From positions 32,001 to 96,000 of IMG/VR virus record IMGVR_UViG_3300021963_009993: DNA of 64,000 nucleotides. One strand, 5' to 3'. A program made the translations under genes and the position numbers. The stretch is from a virus. The notes below the pieces were generated by a model. It was not told the origin of the DNA. It saw only the letters and a list, made by a program, of their open reading frames with translations, and did not search any database. Positions 17,298 to 26,101 of the stretch are shown piece after piece (the stretch's first letter is position 1; each line of letters begins with the position of its first letter).

Positions 17298-17693
17298 TTA
17301 AATCTTTCTGGCGATTATACCTTTGGATGTGATTATTTTTTCTGTAGTTTTTTGTGGGTTTGTTATTGGGTATCCCCATTTACCTTTATTTGATATATTG
17401 TATGGGGAATCTTTATCAACGAGGTGTTTGTCTTGATCTTTTTTGAATTCATTTTCATTGTTGTAGAATTTTGGTTTATTGAAAGTGGCGTAGCCAACTA
17501 GTGTTGCTGGGCCTTTTCCGGTTCGTATGATACCAACTTTTTTGTTTACATATGGGTTGAGTGATGGTGTATCTCTGGTTTCGATGGTTTTTTCACCTGC
17601 CATTATTTGTTTGGTGAATGGTTGGTGTTTATCGTTTATATTGATGCCGATTTTGGGTTGGTCGTTTTCTTTTAGCCATAGTTTAAAGTTCAT
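17298..17693 (-). CDS. Tagged ASCH-domain protein
   Basis: Starts MNFKLWLKE; QPFTKQIMAGEKTIETR is the ASCH signature. Confidence 0.8.
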   Translation of the reverse strand: MNFKLWLKENDQPKIGININDKHQPFTKQIMAGEKTIETRDTPSLNPYVNKKVGIIRTGKGPATLVGYATFNKPKFYNNENEFKKDQDKHLVDKDSPYNISNKGKWGYPITNPQKTTEKIITSKGIIARKI

Positions 17694-17713
17694 GATTTAT
17701 TATATATAAAATT

Positions 17714-17881
17714 ATGAAAACATTTATGGAATGGTTGAATGAGTACAATGCGCCTAGGGCTGGGATGAAGTCTCGTTGGTCTGTTAAGTACAAGAAGTCT
17801 ATTAATTGCAGTAATCCCAAGGGATTCAGTCAGAAGAATTATTGCAAGCGCAAGAAGCGTGGTGGTGGTTATCGTTCTTGA
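17714..17881 (+). CDS. Tagged 55-aa basic mini-protein (not in ORF track)
   Basis: MKTFMEWLNEYNAPRAGMKSRWSVKYKKSINCSNPKGFSQKNYCKRKKRGGGYRS. Confidence 0.75.
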   Translation: MKTFMEWLNEYNAPRAGMKSRWSVKYKKSINCSNPKGFSQKNYCKRKKRGGGYRS

Positions 17882-19170
17882 CTTGGTTGTGCTTGATCTT
17901 TTTTAAGTATTTTTATTTGTTTTGGGTCGAACACGGCGATATTACTTGCGCCTCTTTCTTTTGTCATAATTGAGTCGAATCCTTGTTTTTTGATGAAGTC
18001 TATGATTGGTTTTGATTCGACGAATCTCCAGCTTTTGTTTTCAATTCTCCAGAGGATGTGTTCTATTGCATCTTCGATTGTTTGGACTGGTTGGTTTGTT
18101 TTTGGGTTGTTTAATGTTGGCGAGATGTTGAAATTAGCCCCTGTAACTGGGTCTTTGTATTTGTTTTCGATTGCTTTTTTGATTGCTGGGACGAGTATGA
18201 GTCGATGTTTTTCATCTTGTGGTTTGAATGGATTTTTGGCATTGAGGCAAGCTGTGAATACATTTCCTTTTGATGTTTCGCCTGCGAACCCTTCGCCTGT
18301 AGCGAACATGTGTGCGAATTTCGGATCATCTGTGAAGTAGATGGTGCCGTAGTAGTTTGATTTGCCGGGATCGAAGTTATCGAAATCTTTTTGTGTGCCG
18401 TGGTAGACTGGTCCGAATAGTCCATCGCATTGGTTTTCTTCCTGTAGGGTGAGGAATGTTTTGAAAGAGAAATCTAGTGATGGGTTGTATGAATCGCCTG
18501 TGAATCTTTGTTGGAAGGCTTTTAGGTCACCTCTGGTATTTGCGAATGGTGATTGGTAGTATCTGCCTCTGACTTCCTTTTCATCTGTATCGACATTTGA
18601 TTTGACTGAGAATGGTTCGTAGAGGATATCTTTTACTTTTTCTGTCCATTTTCTTTTTGTTGTGTAGTCGAAAATGTTGACATCGATGTCATCGAATATT
18701 TGTTCATTGTCCATGTATTTTGGTTTTTCTTTTATTTTATTGATGCAATCAGCTAGTTGTTTCTTTTTGTCTTGTCCCCAATCTGCCAATTCGACATTGT
18801 TGTTTCTGGTTAGTATGAATCCGAATTTTTTTACACCGTCGCCAACGGTGTCATATTTCTTTGAATCGAGGGTGGAATATTTGGAATAGAAGTCGTATAG
18901 TGGCCATTTTTTGATATTGGGTTGGAATTTTTCAATGAATCTGACTGTTTCTGGGAATATCCAACCTACGCTTTTTAGATCTTTGATTTTGCTTAGTTCG
19001 CTTGGATTTGCTTCGTTGATGTGTTCATCGATAGTTGGCATGAATCTTTCTTTGAAGTCTTTGATAATGAGTATGTTTGTAGCGATGCCGTGGTCACCGC
19101 TACCGACAACATTGACATCGATAAGTTCTTTGGTGTTTGGGTTGTATAGATGTTCGCCTAGTTCGTTCAT
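17869..19170 (-). CDS. Two-part protein; C-terminal ADP-ribosyltransferase-like (ART-PolyVal type) domain after an internal tag
   Basis: PVYHGTQKDFDNFD...GTIYFTDDPKFAHMFA...GFDSI...AVFDPKQIK; internal FSFKTFLTLQEE just before the domain. Confidence 0.65.
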   Translation of the reverse strand: MNELGEHLYNPNTKELIDVNVVGSGDHGIATNILIIKDFKERFMPTIDEHINEANPSELSKIKDLKSVGWIFPETVRFIEKFQPNIKKWPLYDFYSKYSTLDSKKYDTVGDGVKKFGFILTRNNNVELADWGQDKKKQLADCINKIKEKPKYMDNEQIFDDIDVNIFDYTTKRKWTEKVKDILYEPFSVKSNVDTDEKEVRGRYYQSPFANTRGDLKAFQQRFTGDSYNPSLDFSFKTFLTLQEENQCDGLFGPVYHGTQKDFDNFDPGKSNYYGTIYFTDDPKFAHMFATGEGFAGETSKGNVFTACLNAKNPFKPQDEKHRLILVPAIKKAIENKYKDPVTGANFNISPTLNNPKTNQPVQTIEDAIEHILWRIENKSWRFVESKPIIDFIKKQGFDSIMTKERGASNIAVFDPKQIKILKKDQAQPSQER

Positions 19171-19234
19171 GTCAGACCTTTTTGTTGTTCATTGAAATTA
19201 TTTATGTTTTATAAATACAAAAAAGGGTGTAATT

Positions 19235-19966
19235 ATGAATTTTAAATCTTGGTTTTTGAATGAAGAGAGTGGTGGCAAGGAGTATTGGGGTCCATTCAGT
19301 TATGTCACAAGGGAAGGTGATTATCTTAGGGTGACGGCAGATTTGTTGGACAAACCGCTTTACATACCTGTTAATGGCGGTGTCACATATGTTGAAAAGT
19401 ATCCTTTAGATAAGCGTTTGAATCCACCTTGGAACAAGTATTTTCGTTATTCTGTTTCCGGTGATGGCAGGTATGTTGTCAATTATGTCGAGAACAGGGC
19501 TGTTGATTGTGTTTGTTATTCGCCAAAGTATGATGCTATTTATTTGATAAACCGCAAAGCATCTCCTGTTGGTTTGGCTATTCCCGGCGGTTTTTTTGAT
19601 ACGCATGACGGAATTGATTCAAACAATCCAACTGATCCAGAATCTATTGGAAGAAAAGCAGCTGCCAGAGAGTTGCAAGAAGAGACTGGGGCGAAAATAA
19701 ATCCCGGTGAGCTTTCTTATATTGGTCGTTTTAGGACGGGTGATTCTGACAGCAGGGAAAAGAACTTCTATGTGTGGGCTTACTTCTACAGGGTGCCAGA
19801 TGAAAGTATTCGTTCTTTCAAGTTTGGTGATGATGCTGGTCAGGCACCGGGTAGTCCTTCTTTGCAGCGTGATGGTTTGAAGGGTTGGTACAAGTTGGAT
19901 GAGATTCCAAGTCTGGCATTTCCCCATCACATGGACATCATAAAACAAGCTACCCATCTTGTGTAA
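19235..19966 (+). CDS. Tagged Nudix hydrolase
   Basis: Starts MNFKSWFLNEE; LAIPGGFFD...AAARELQEETG; LAFPHH; TATAAATA at 19210-19217. Confidence 0.85.
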   Translation: MNFKSWFLNEESGGKEYWGPFSYVTREGDYLRVTADLLDKPLYIPVNGGVTYVEKYPLDKRLNPPWNKYFRYSVSGDGRYVVNYVENRAVDCVCYSPKYDAIYLINRKASPVGLAIPGGFFDTHDGIDSNNPTDPESIGRKAAARELQEETGAKINPGELSYIGRFRTGDSDSREKNFYVWAYFYRVPDESIRSFKFGDDAGQAPGSPSLQRDGLKGWYKLDEIPSLAFPHHMDIIKQATHLV

Positions 19967-20059
19967 AATCTAATTCTTTTATTGCATTTAATTAGATTTT
20001 TTTCAGAAAATGCTTGTTTTCCCGAATAAAATCTAATTCTTTTATTACATTTAATTAGA
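19964..20059. repeat. Two ~33-bp copies, each bracketed by TCTAATT...AATTAGA
   Basis: 19964-19996 and 20026-20059 differ by one indel and one substitution. Confidence 0.8.
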
Positions 20060-20102
20060 CTTGCGAGGTATAAAATTATATCCTTGTCTATTGGGAAAAA
20101 AG

Positions 20103-20131
20103 TTGTATTGGGAATTTTTTGTATTTACACT
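20103..20131 (+). promoter_or_regulatory. Early-type promoter of the same class as 573 and 4901
   Basis: aaaaaagTTGTAT-N17-TACACT-AG. Confidence 0.6.
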
Positions 20132-20194
20132 AGTGATGTCGATGGGACTTGTGTCCTGTCGAGCCAAGTTAATTTATCAATGGAGTGATTTGTC

Positions 20195-20674
20195 ATGGGT
20201 GTTAAGAATAAGAAGGTGACAATCAGTTTGGGCAAGGTTGTGAGCTTGTTGGAGAGTTTTTTCTATAGGGTTTATTTGAAGCCCGATATGAAGCCCAAGA
20301 AGATGGAGGATTATGCTTTTTCAAGACGGTCATCATATGATGGGTATCGTTACACAACTGTGACTCTTAGTAATGGTGCTTTTTGTTTGAAGACAGACAA
20401 CACCAAAAGGTTTGCTGTGCCAGCGGGTGTGTTCATTCCTTTTGTGATTGACCAGTTGGTAGGAAAGGGAAGAATCAAGAGTGCCAATCATGTTGTCGAT
20501 ATTTTCATGAGGAGTCCTGTTCGTGGAGGGCCGATGGTGGTATCGATGTTAGGCATCTTGAGTGGATTGACATTTCTTGTATCCGATGAGCCTCTTCCAG
20601 AACCCATGAATTGGGATTTTGGGAATATCGATGCGATAGAAGAGTTTTGCCGAAATTCATATGAGATGATGTGA
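20195..20674 (+). CDS. Hypothetical protein, untagged
   Basis: 159-aa ORF with GGAG RBS after the early-type promoter. Confidence 0.6.
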   Translation: MGVKNKKVTISLGKVVSLLESFFYRVYLKPDMKPKKMEDYAFSRRSSYDGYRYTTVTLSNGAFCLKTDNTKRFAVPAGVFIPFVIDQLVGKGRIKSANHVVDIFMRSPVRGGPMVVSMLGILSGLTFLVSDEPLPEPMNWDFGNIDAIEEFCRNSYEMM

Positions 20675-20702
20675 TTTTTATTTAACACAAGGAGGAATTG
20701 TC

Positions 20703-21476
20703 ATGGGTATCAAGACTGAGATTGCGTGGACTGAAAGCACCATCAACTTTTGGTGGGGTTGCTGCAAAGTTTCCGAGGGTTGCAAGCATTGCTATGCCGA
20801 AAAGGACAATGATCGTTATCAATTGGCAGAGTGGGGACCAGACACTTTGCGTACATGGATTAAGACCTGTTATGCGAATGCCAGCAGAGCCAACAAGATT
20901 GGTAGGGAGAGTGGCATCAAGAGAAGGGTCTTTACCTTGTCTATGGGTGATTTCTTTGAAACTCATGCTGTTTTGGATGAGTATCGTGCTAGGGCTTGGA
21001 AGCACATCAAATCTTTGACTCATATCAATTGGCTAGTGTTGACCAAGCGTCCAGAGAACATTGCTTCGATGTTGCCAAAGGATTTCCATAATGGTGACTA
21101 CAAGCATGTTCATTTGGGCACTACTTGTGAGCATGAGAAGTATGTTGATCGTTTGGATTATCTTCGTGATATTCCTGAGTGGGGAGGAATCCGTTGGGTA
21201 AGTTACGAGCCTGCTCTGAGTCCTATTGATCATGTTGTTGATTTGACCAAGATTGATTGGTTGATTTATGGTGGGGAGAGTAGTCGTAGTTATCTTGGGT
21301 TCCGCAAGGACAATGATGAGTGGGCTAGGAGGATCAAGGTTTTGTGTGAGAAGGAGGGTACTGTTTTCTTTTACAAACAAAATAGTGGTTTGAAAAGGAA
21401 GCTACTCAAGAAGTTGGATGGTGTTCAGCATTACAATTTCCCAGACTTTGACAAGAATCATCTGGAAGTTGTTTAG
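20703..21476 (+). CDS. Phage Gp37/Gp68 (DUF5131-type) radical-SAM-like protein
   Basis: TEIAWTESTINFWWGCCKVSEGCKHCYAE; FTLSMGDFF; LTKRPEN; SYEPAL; IYGGES; FFYKQ. Confidence 0.85.
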   Translation: MGIKTEIAWTESTINFWWGCCKVSEGCKHCYAEKDNDRYQLAEWGPDTLRTWIKTCYANASRANKIGRESGIKRRVFTLSMGDFFETHAVLDEYRARAWKHIKSLTHINWLVLTKRPENIASMLPKDFHNGDYKHVHLGTTCEHEKYVDRLDYLRDIPEWGGIRWVSYEPALSPIDHVVDLTKIDWLIYGGESSRSYLGFRKDNDEWARRIKVLCEKEGTVFFYKQNSGLKRKLLKKLDGVQHYNFPDFDKNHLEVV

Positions 21477-21937
21477 TATCCTTCTTCAACTTCTATGATT
21501 TCGGCTGCGTTGGTCAGGTATTCCCATACGCTTTCATTAGGGTGTGGGATGCCTGACCAATAGTTATTTGCTGCTTCGATTACTTCCATGCTATTTTCAT
21601 CATGGCCCGATGACAGAAGACTTTCTATTTCTGAATTCCAATTGACATCATGTCTTTCTACTTTCCCCAACGGTTTTAGTTTGAATATCCAATCTGTAAC
21701 GGCACCTGCCAATTCTAGATCATCTGTGTTATCTGTCATGAATACTGCATCTTTGTGAGATATCATGTTCTTTGGTCTATATTTTTCCAGTATTTTGTAC
21801 CAAGGATTAAATCCCCAATCTTTTTCGTATTGTTCAGTCCTACCTTTCAATATTGTTCCTACTGGTATTTCTTTTGAACTACCATGAAAGAAAATACGGG
21901 ATTCAATGCTTTCCAAGAACTGTTTGAATGTTTTCAT
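21473..21937 (-). CDS. Tagged Arr-like ADP-ribosyltransferase fold
   Basis: Starts MKTFKQFLE; FFHGSS...GTILKG...AVFMTD...IFKLKPLGKVERHD. Confidence 0.55.
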   Translation of the reverse strand: MKTFKQFLESIESRIFFHGSSKEIPVGTILKGRTEQYEKDWGFNPWYKILEKYRPKNMISHKDAVFMTDNTDDLELAGAVTDWIFKLKPLGKVERHDVNWNSEIESLLSSGHDENSMEVIEAANNYWSGIPHPNESVWEYLTNAAEIIEVEEGY

Positions 21938-21940
21938 GTT

Positions 21941-22489
21941 TTAGATTGTTCGTATTCCCTTGTTAGTCAATTCAAATTTCATATTTATTTTGAATGGTTG
22001 TACTTGGTTTTCACCTAATTTGTGTACTTGCATGCCTTTGGTATCGAGCATTTTTTGCAGGTTTCCACCCTTGCTGAATTTGCCTACTGCTGCCATGACA
22101 TCCCTTGTGACCATTTGTTTTGCCTGTTGTTCATTTTCGGCATTTACTATTGCATTTACTTCTACAACCAAAGCGGTTTGACCTTGTTCTTTTGATTCTA
22201 TTATTTCGATGTTGAATTCTGAGTAGTATGCTTTTGATTGTGCGTGGTGTTTGATTGTTTCCTTGAGTGAATTAATAGATCTGATGTTAATTTCATCGGC
22301 TTGGATATTTTGATGAATGGCTGGTTTTTCGTTATAGCTTTGTGATTGCACCATGTATTGTTGTAGGTTGTTGTTTTTTGCTTGTGCAGCACTAGCCATG
22401 CCTAAACCAGCTGCCAGACCCAAGGCACCTGTTTTCAATAGGTTTTCATCATATTGTTCTTGATTTTCTAGCCAGTTTTTGAATTGCAT
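21941..22489 (-). CDS. Tagged hypothetical protein
   Basis: Starts MQFKNWLE; then a hydrophobic GALGLAAGLGMASAAQA segment. Confidence 0.7.
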   Translation of the reverse strand: MQFKNWLENQEQYDENLLKTGALGLAAGLGMASAAQAKNNNLQQYMVQSQSYNEKPAIHQNIQADEINIRSINSLKETIKHHAQSKAYYSEFNIEIIESKEQGQTALVVEVNAIVNAENEQQAKQMVTRDVMAAVGKFSKGGNLQKMLDTKGMQVHKLGENQVQPFKINMKFELTNKGIRTI

Positions 22490-22491
22490 GA

Positions 22492-23952
22492 TTATCCTAA
22501 GTCATTTACTTCTGTTTCTTCATCTTTTTCTATTTCAGGTGGTTTATCGAGTCCAGCGAATGCTAGGTAAACGGACATTGCCGATGGGTGTTTGAGTGAT
22601 TCACCATTTGGCAATATTACATTGTGGAATGTGGTTGGGAATCTATAGAATCGTTTTCCACCACCTGAGCTAAACATGGCACCTCTTCTTGCACCACTTA
22701 TGGCTGCGACCATTTTGTGAACTACGCTGAAGGATGAGCCGTCAGCGAATTGGATTTTCAATCTAGCTTCTAGTGATCCATAATTTGCGCTTGAATAAAT
22801 CAATTTGATATTGGCTTGTTTGCCTGTCGTTGCAGCTTTCTTGGCAACTATTGGTGCCAATTTTCCTGTGATGCGACTGAAGAATATTTGTGATACATTT
22901 CTCCATGATTGTTCTGCCACCTTTTCAAGCTTATCCTCTGGTGGTCTTGTAAATGCATCATCTTTGGTAACAACTAATTGTGCGCCTAGTGGATATCTTG
23001 CTCTCAAATCCCTCTTCATCTTGATGGCAGGTTCTGAATAATCTCTTGGTTTTGGTGAACTGGCGATGAACTTGTCTATTTGTTCATTTGCCACTATCAA
23101 GAAATTTTTCTTGTATTCATCTTTTTGATTTGACAATAGAACATCGATTTCCTTTCCAAGTTCTTCTACAGCCTTAAAAGATATAACGGGAGTTTCTGCT
23201 CTTACTTTTTCTGCTGCGACTTCCTTGGCTTTTACTTTTTCTTTTTGAGCTTCTTCTTTCTTTTCTCTCTTGATATCTGCATCTTTTTTAGCTTTGCTTT
23301 GGATGTTTTCCTTGATGAAATCGGATAGTGTCTTCCATAAATTACCAGCATCTTCCATCCAATCTGCTATGCTTACTACCTTGCCAGATTTGAGTTGAAC
23401 ATTCATGAGTGCTTCTGTATTTGGATAGTTTTCTGCTTTTTCGCCTTCTATTGGCTTCATGAATGGGAAGTCATTTGCGTATTTGGCATACTTCTTCAAA
23501 TTTTTAGCTATTTTTTCAGAATTGGGTGATACTCCTTGAGCCCATAAAAATTGAATAAATGCATCTTTGTATTTGTTCCAATTTTCAAATTTGTCTGTGC
23601 CTAAAGCTTTGTAGAAAGGATTTGGTTTTCCATCTACTTCTGGGTTATTTTGGTTATCAAGTCCACGATATCCTCCACCGGACTGAAGGGGCAATGGAAC
23701 AAGATTGTGTACTGTTACTGCTCTGTATATATTTGTTGCGAAATCGGGATGGACTTTGAATTTTTCTTTTGCAGCATTTAATTCTGAATTAGGGACAACA
23801 TCCTTGTTTTTCAATTCCATCAATTCTTTCATTCCCATATCGATTTCTGCTGAACTTTTTTCATCAAGGTATGCTTTCACTTTGTTTACGGCATTGGCCA
23901 GATCTGATTCTGTTGTTGCCTCTGTGATAATTAGCCAGTCTGAAAAGTTCAT
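22492..23952 (-). CDS. Tagged protein, paralog of 14432..15682
   Basis: Starts MNFSDWLIITE; C-terminal FYRFPTTFHNVILPNGESLKHPSAMSVYLAFA. Confidence 0.75.
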   Translation of the reverse strand: MNFSDWLIITEATTESDLANAVNKVKAYLDEKSSAEIDMGMKELMELKNKDVVPNSELNAAKEKFKVHPDFATNIYRAVTVHNLVPLPLQSGGGYRGLDNQNNPEVDGKPNPFYKALGTDKFENWNKYKDAFIQFLWAQGVSPNSEKIAKNLKKYAKYANDFPFMKPIEGEKAENYPNTEALMNVQLKSGKVVSIADWMEDAGNLWKTLSDFIKENIQSKAKKDADIKREKKEEAQKEKVKAKEVAAEKVRAETPVISFKAVEELGKEIDVLLSNQKDEYKKNFLIVANEQIDKFIASSPKPRDYSEPAIKMKRDLRARYPLGAQLVVTKDDAFTRPPEDKLEKVAEQSWRNVSQIFFSRITGKLAPIVAKKAATTGKQANIKLIYSSANYGSLEARLKIQFADGSSFSVVHKMVAAISGARRGAMFSSGGGKRFYRFPTTFHNVILPNGESLKHPSAMSVYLAFAGLDKPPEIEKDEETEVNDLG

Positions 23953-23990
23953 TTTACACCTTTTTGAATTTCAAAATATATATATTTACT

Positions 23991-24773
23991 ATGAAAAGTT
24001 TTATGAATTGGCTTAGAGAGAGTTATGCTCCTAGAAACCTTAATTGGTTGCTTGTTAGAAATTACTTGAAGAATGCTGAAAAGAATTTTGATGTTTTGGA
24101 CAGTTGGGAGCAGTTCAAGAACTGGGATGAATCCGAGGAGATAGCCAACAATCTTTCTTTGGATTTGGAAGATGAAGACAAACTTTATGACAATGCTGCA
24201 AAAATAAACAAGTACATGATGGATAATCCAGAATTACTGGATAATTTTTTATATCAATATTTGGATAGTGAAGAATCGCCTGCTTATTTGAATATGAATT
24301 ACATTAGAGATTTACCGCCAAACACATGGTTGGTTCATTTTTCAGACAAGGCTGGCAATATTGCCGACGATGGTTTCAAGCATGGTGTCTCAGATGTTAG
24401 GAAAATGCATTACACTAGGGGAGAAACCTACAGCAGTAGGACATCTGATTCTGGTTACAATTTTGCTTTTTTGGCTAATTCAAAAGAGGCAGCTTCAGCA
24501 GCCAAGGATTCCAAGTATGGTTCTGATGCGGTTATGTTCATGAGTGCTGGTGTTTTGACCTATCATGCTGGTGATAACGAGAATCAAGTTGTGTTTGATG
24601 GAACTAATGTAAAGCCAAAAGACATAGTGTATTTGGAAAGAACTGCGTATGACTGGGTTGTCAAGTCAAAGGATTCAAATAAAAGAGATCCATATATAAA
24701 CAACGATTTCGGGGAAGTTGTTAAATGGGTCATGAACAACTGGCAGCAGTATAGAAAAATAATAATGGGATAA
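23991..24773 (+). CDS. Tagged protein, possible ART-like fold
   Basis: Likely start MKSFMNWLRE at 23991; WLVHFS...IADDGF...GYNFAF...GDNENQVVF. Confidence 0.45.
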   Translation: MKSFMNWLRESYAPRNLNWLLVRNYLKNAEKNFDVLDSWEQFKNWDESEEIANNLSLDLEDEDKLYDNAAKINKYMMDNPELLDNFLYQYLDSEESPAYLNMNYIRDLPPNTWLVHFSDKAGNIADDGFKHGVSDVRKMHYTRGETYSSRTSDSGYNFAFLANSKEAASAAKDSKYGSDAVMFMSAGVLTYHAGDNENQVVFDGTNVKPKDIVYLERTAYDWVVKSKDSNKRDPYINNDFGEVVKWVMNNWQQYRKIIMG

Positions 24774-24774
24774 A

Positions 24775-25122
24775 ATGCAATTCAAAAAGTGGCTAATAGA
24801 ATCCAGATTTAATGACATGCATTCGTGGTTGGATGTTAGTGGGGAATTTCATCCGGTTACTGCAACTACCCATTCTGATGACGCAGTAAAGTATTCTGAT
24901 TATACTAATAGTGCTGAAGCCAAAGATGATCTGATGAAAAGGGGTTGGCAAAGGGTTAGTCACTACAATCATATTCTTTATGTTGCGAATCCTATTGTTG
25001 CTCCCAACAGGGTTCAGAAGAGTGAGCTTGTTGATTTGGCTTTGACTAGGGATTTGCGTAAAGTTGTGTATGACAATGATGTGAGTGAAATTGTTTTGTG
25101 GGATGCTTCTGAAAAATTTTAA
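24775..25122 (+). CDS. Tagged hypothetical protein
   Basis: Starts MQFKKWLIE; SWLDVSGEFH...H...LMKRGWQRV. Confidence 0.7.
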   Translation: MQFKKWLIESRFNDMHSWLDVSGEFHPVTATTHSDDAVKYSDYTNSAEAKDDLMKRGWQRVSHYNHILYVANPIVAPNRVQKSELVDLALTRDLRKVVYDNDVSEIVLWDASEKF

Positions 25123-25146
25123 TTGTTAAATTGCATATAATATTTA

Positions 25147-25500
25147 ATGCAGAAGAGTTGTAGGAATTGTAAAGAATATAAGAACATAGAAGACTTTCCT
25201 TATTTCTCAACGAATGAAGCTGGTCGTAAAAACACTTGCAAGGAATGTTCAAAGAAGCTTGGTGTTTTGCGAAGGGAGTTGAAGTCCAAGAATCCACCAC
25301 CGCCTTCTGGCAAATGTCCCATATGTGATATGCATACTGAGAATTGGATATTGGATCATTGTCATTTTTCAAACAATTTTCGTGGTTACATCTGCAACAG
25401 CTGTAACTTGGGTCTTGGCAGATTCAACGATGATGTTGAGATTCTTAGAAAAGCTATTTTGTATTTGGAAAATATCAATCAAGAATCACATCGTAGCTGA
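25147..25500 (+). CDS. Recombination endonuclease VII-like (His-Me) nuclease
   Basis: CPIC...LDHCH...FRGYICNSCNLGLGRFNDD...LRKAILYL; N-terminal CxxC...CxxC. Confidence 0.88.
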   Translation: MQKSCRNCKEYKNIEDFPYFSTNEAGRKNTCKECSKKLGVLRRELKSKNPPPPSGKCPICDMHTENWILDHCHFSNNFRGYICNSCNLGLGRFNDDVEILRKAILYLENINQESHRS

Positions 25501-25618
25501 TGTAATCTGTTGTAGTGGTTTCGGCTTCTGGTTCTTGTTCCATAATTGCCTCCTGAATTTATATATAAGATGAATTTTAAAGATTAATTTAATTAGAGAT
25601 AGGTTTATAATGTTTAAT

Positions 25619-26101
25619 ATGCGTTTCATTGATTTTATGGAAAACAATGTTGAAGACTATTTTGATTCTTCTGCCTTGTCTATGGCCAAAAATCAAGGCA
25701 GCAAGTCGAGAGAGTTATTGATTGACATGTCTATTGATGATTTCTTGAGATTGGCAGAAGAAGGTCGTAGTTTTTCCAAGGAATCAGGTGTTGATTCTTT
25801 GTTGTCTAAGGGCATTAAGTTTGAGAGTATACCTTTTTTGGGTGTTGGTTTTTATTCAGGTGATCCTTTGGCGATGAAGGTCAAGAGTCATGAGGGAAGG
25901 CATAGGGCTAGGGCTTTGAGGAAACTTGGATTCAAGATGATGCCTGTGAAAGTGGTACATGATTCGATACGGTGGGGTGGTCAATTAAATCCCAATAATT
26001 ATGATTATGTTGATAATTTTCCCACTCATTTTGTATCTGAGGATGGTTCTGTTGTTGTGCCATTTGCGATAACAAGAGAGGATTTGAATGATAGATTTTA
26101 A
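25619..26101 (+). CDS. Tagged ParB/Srx-like protein
   Basis: Starts MRFIDFME; IPFL...VKSHEGRHRARAL...MPV. Confidence 0.55.
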   Translation: MRFIDFMENNVEDYFDSSALSMAKNQGSKSRELLIDMSIDDFLRLAEEGRSFSKESGVDSLLSKGIKFESIPFLGVGFYSGDPLAMKVKSHEGRHRARALRKLGFKMMPVKVVHDSIRWGGQLNPNNYDYVDNFPTHFVSEDGSVVVPFAITREDLNDRF

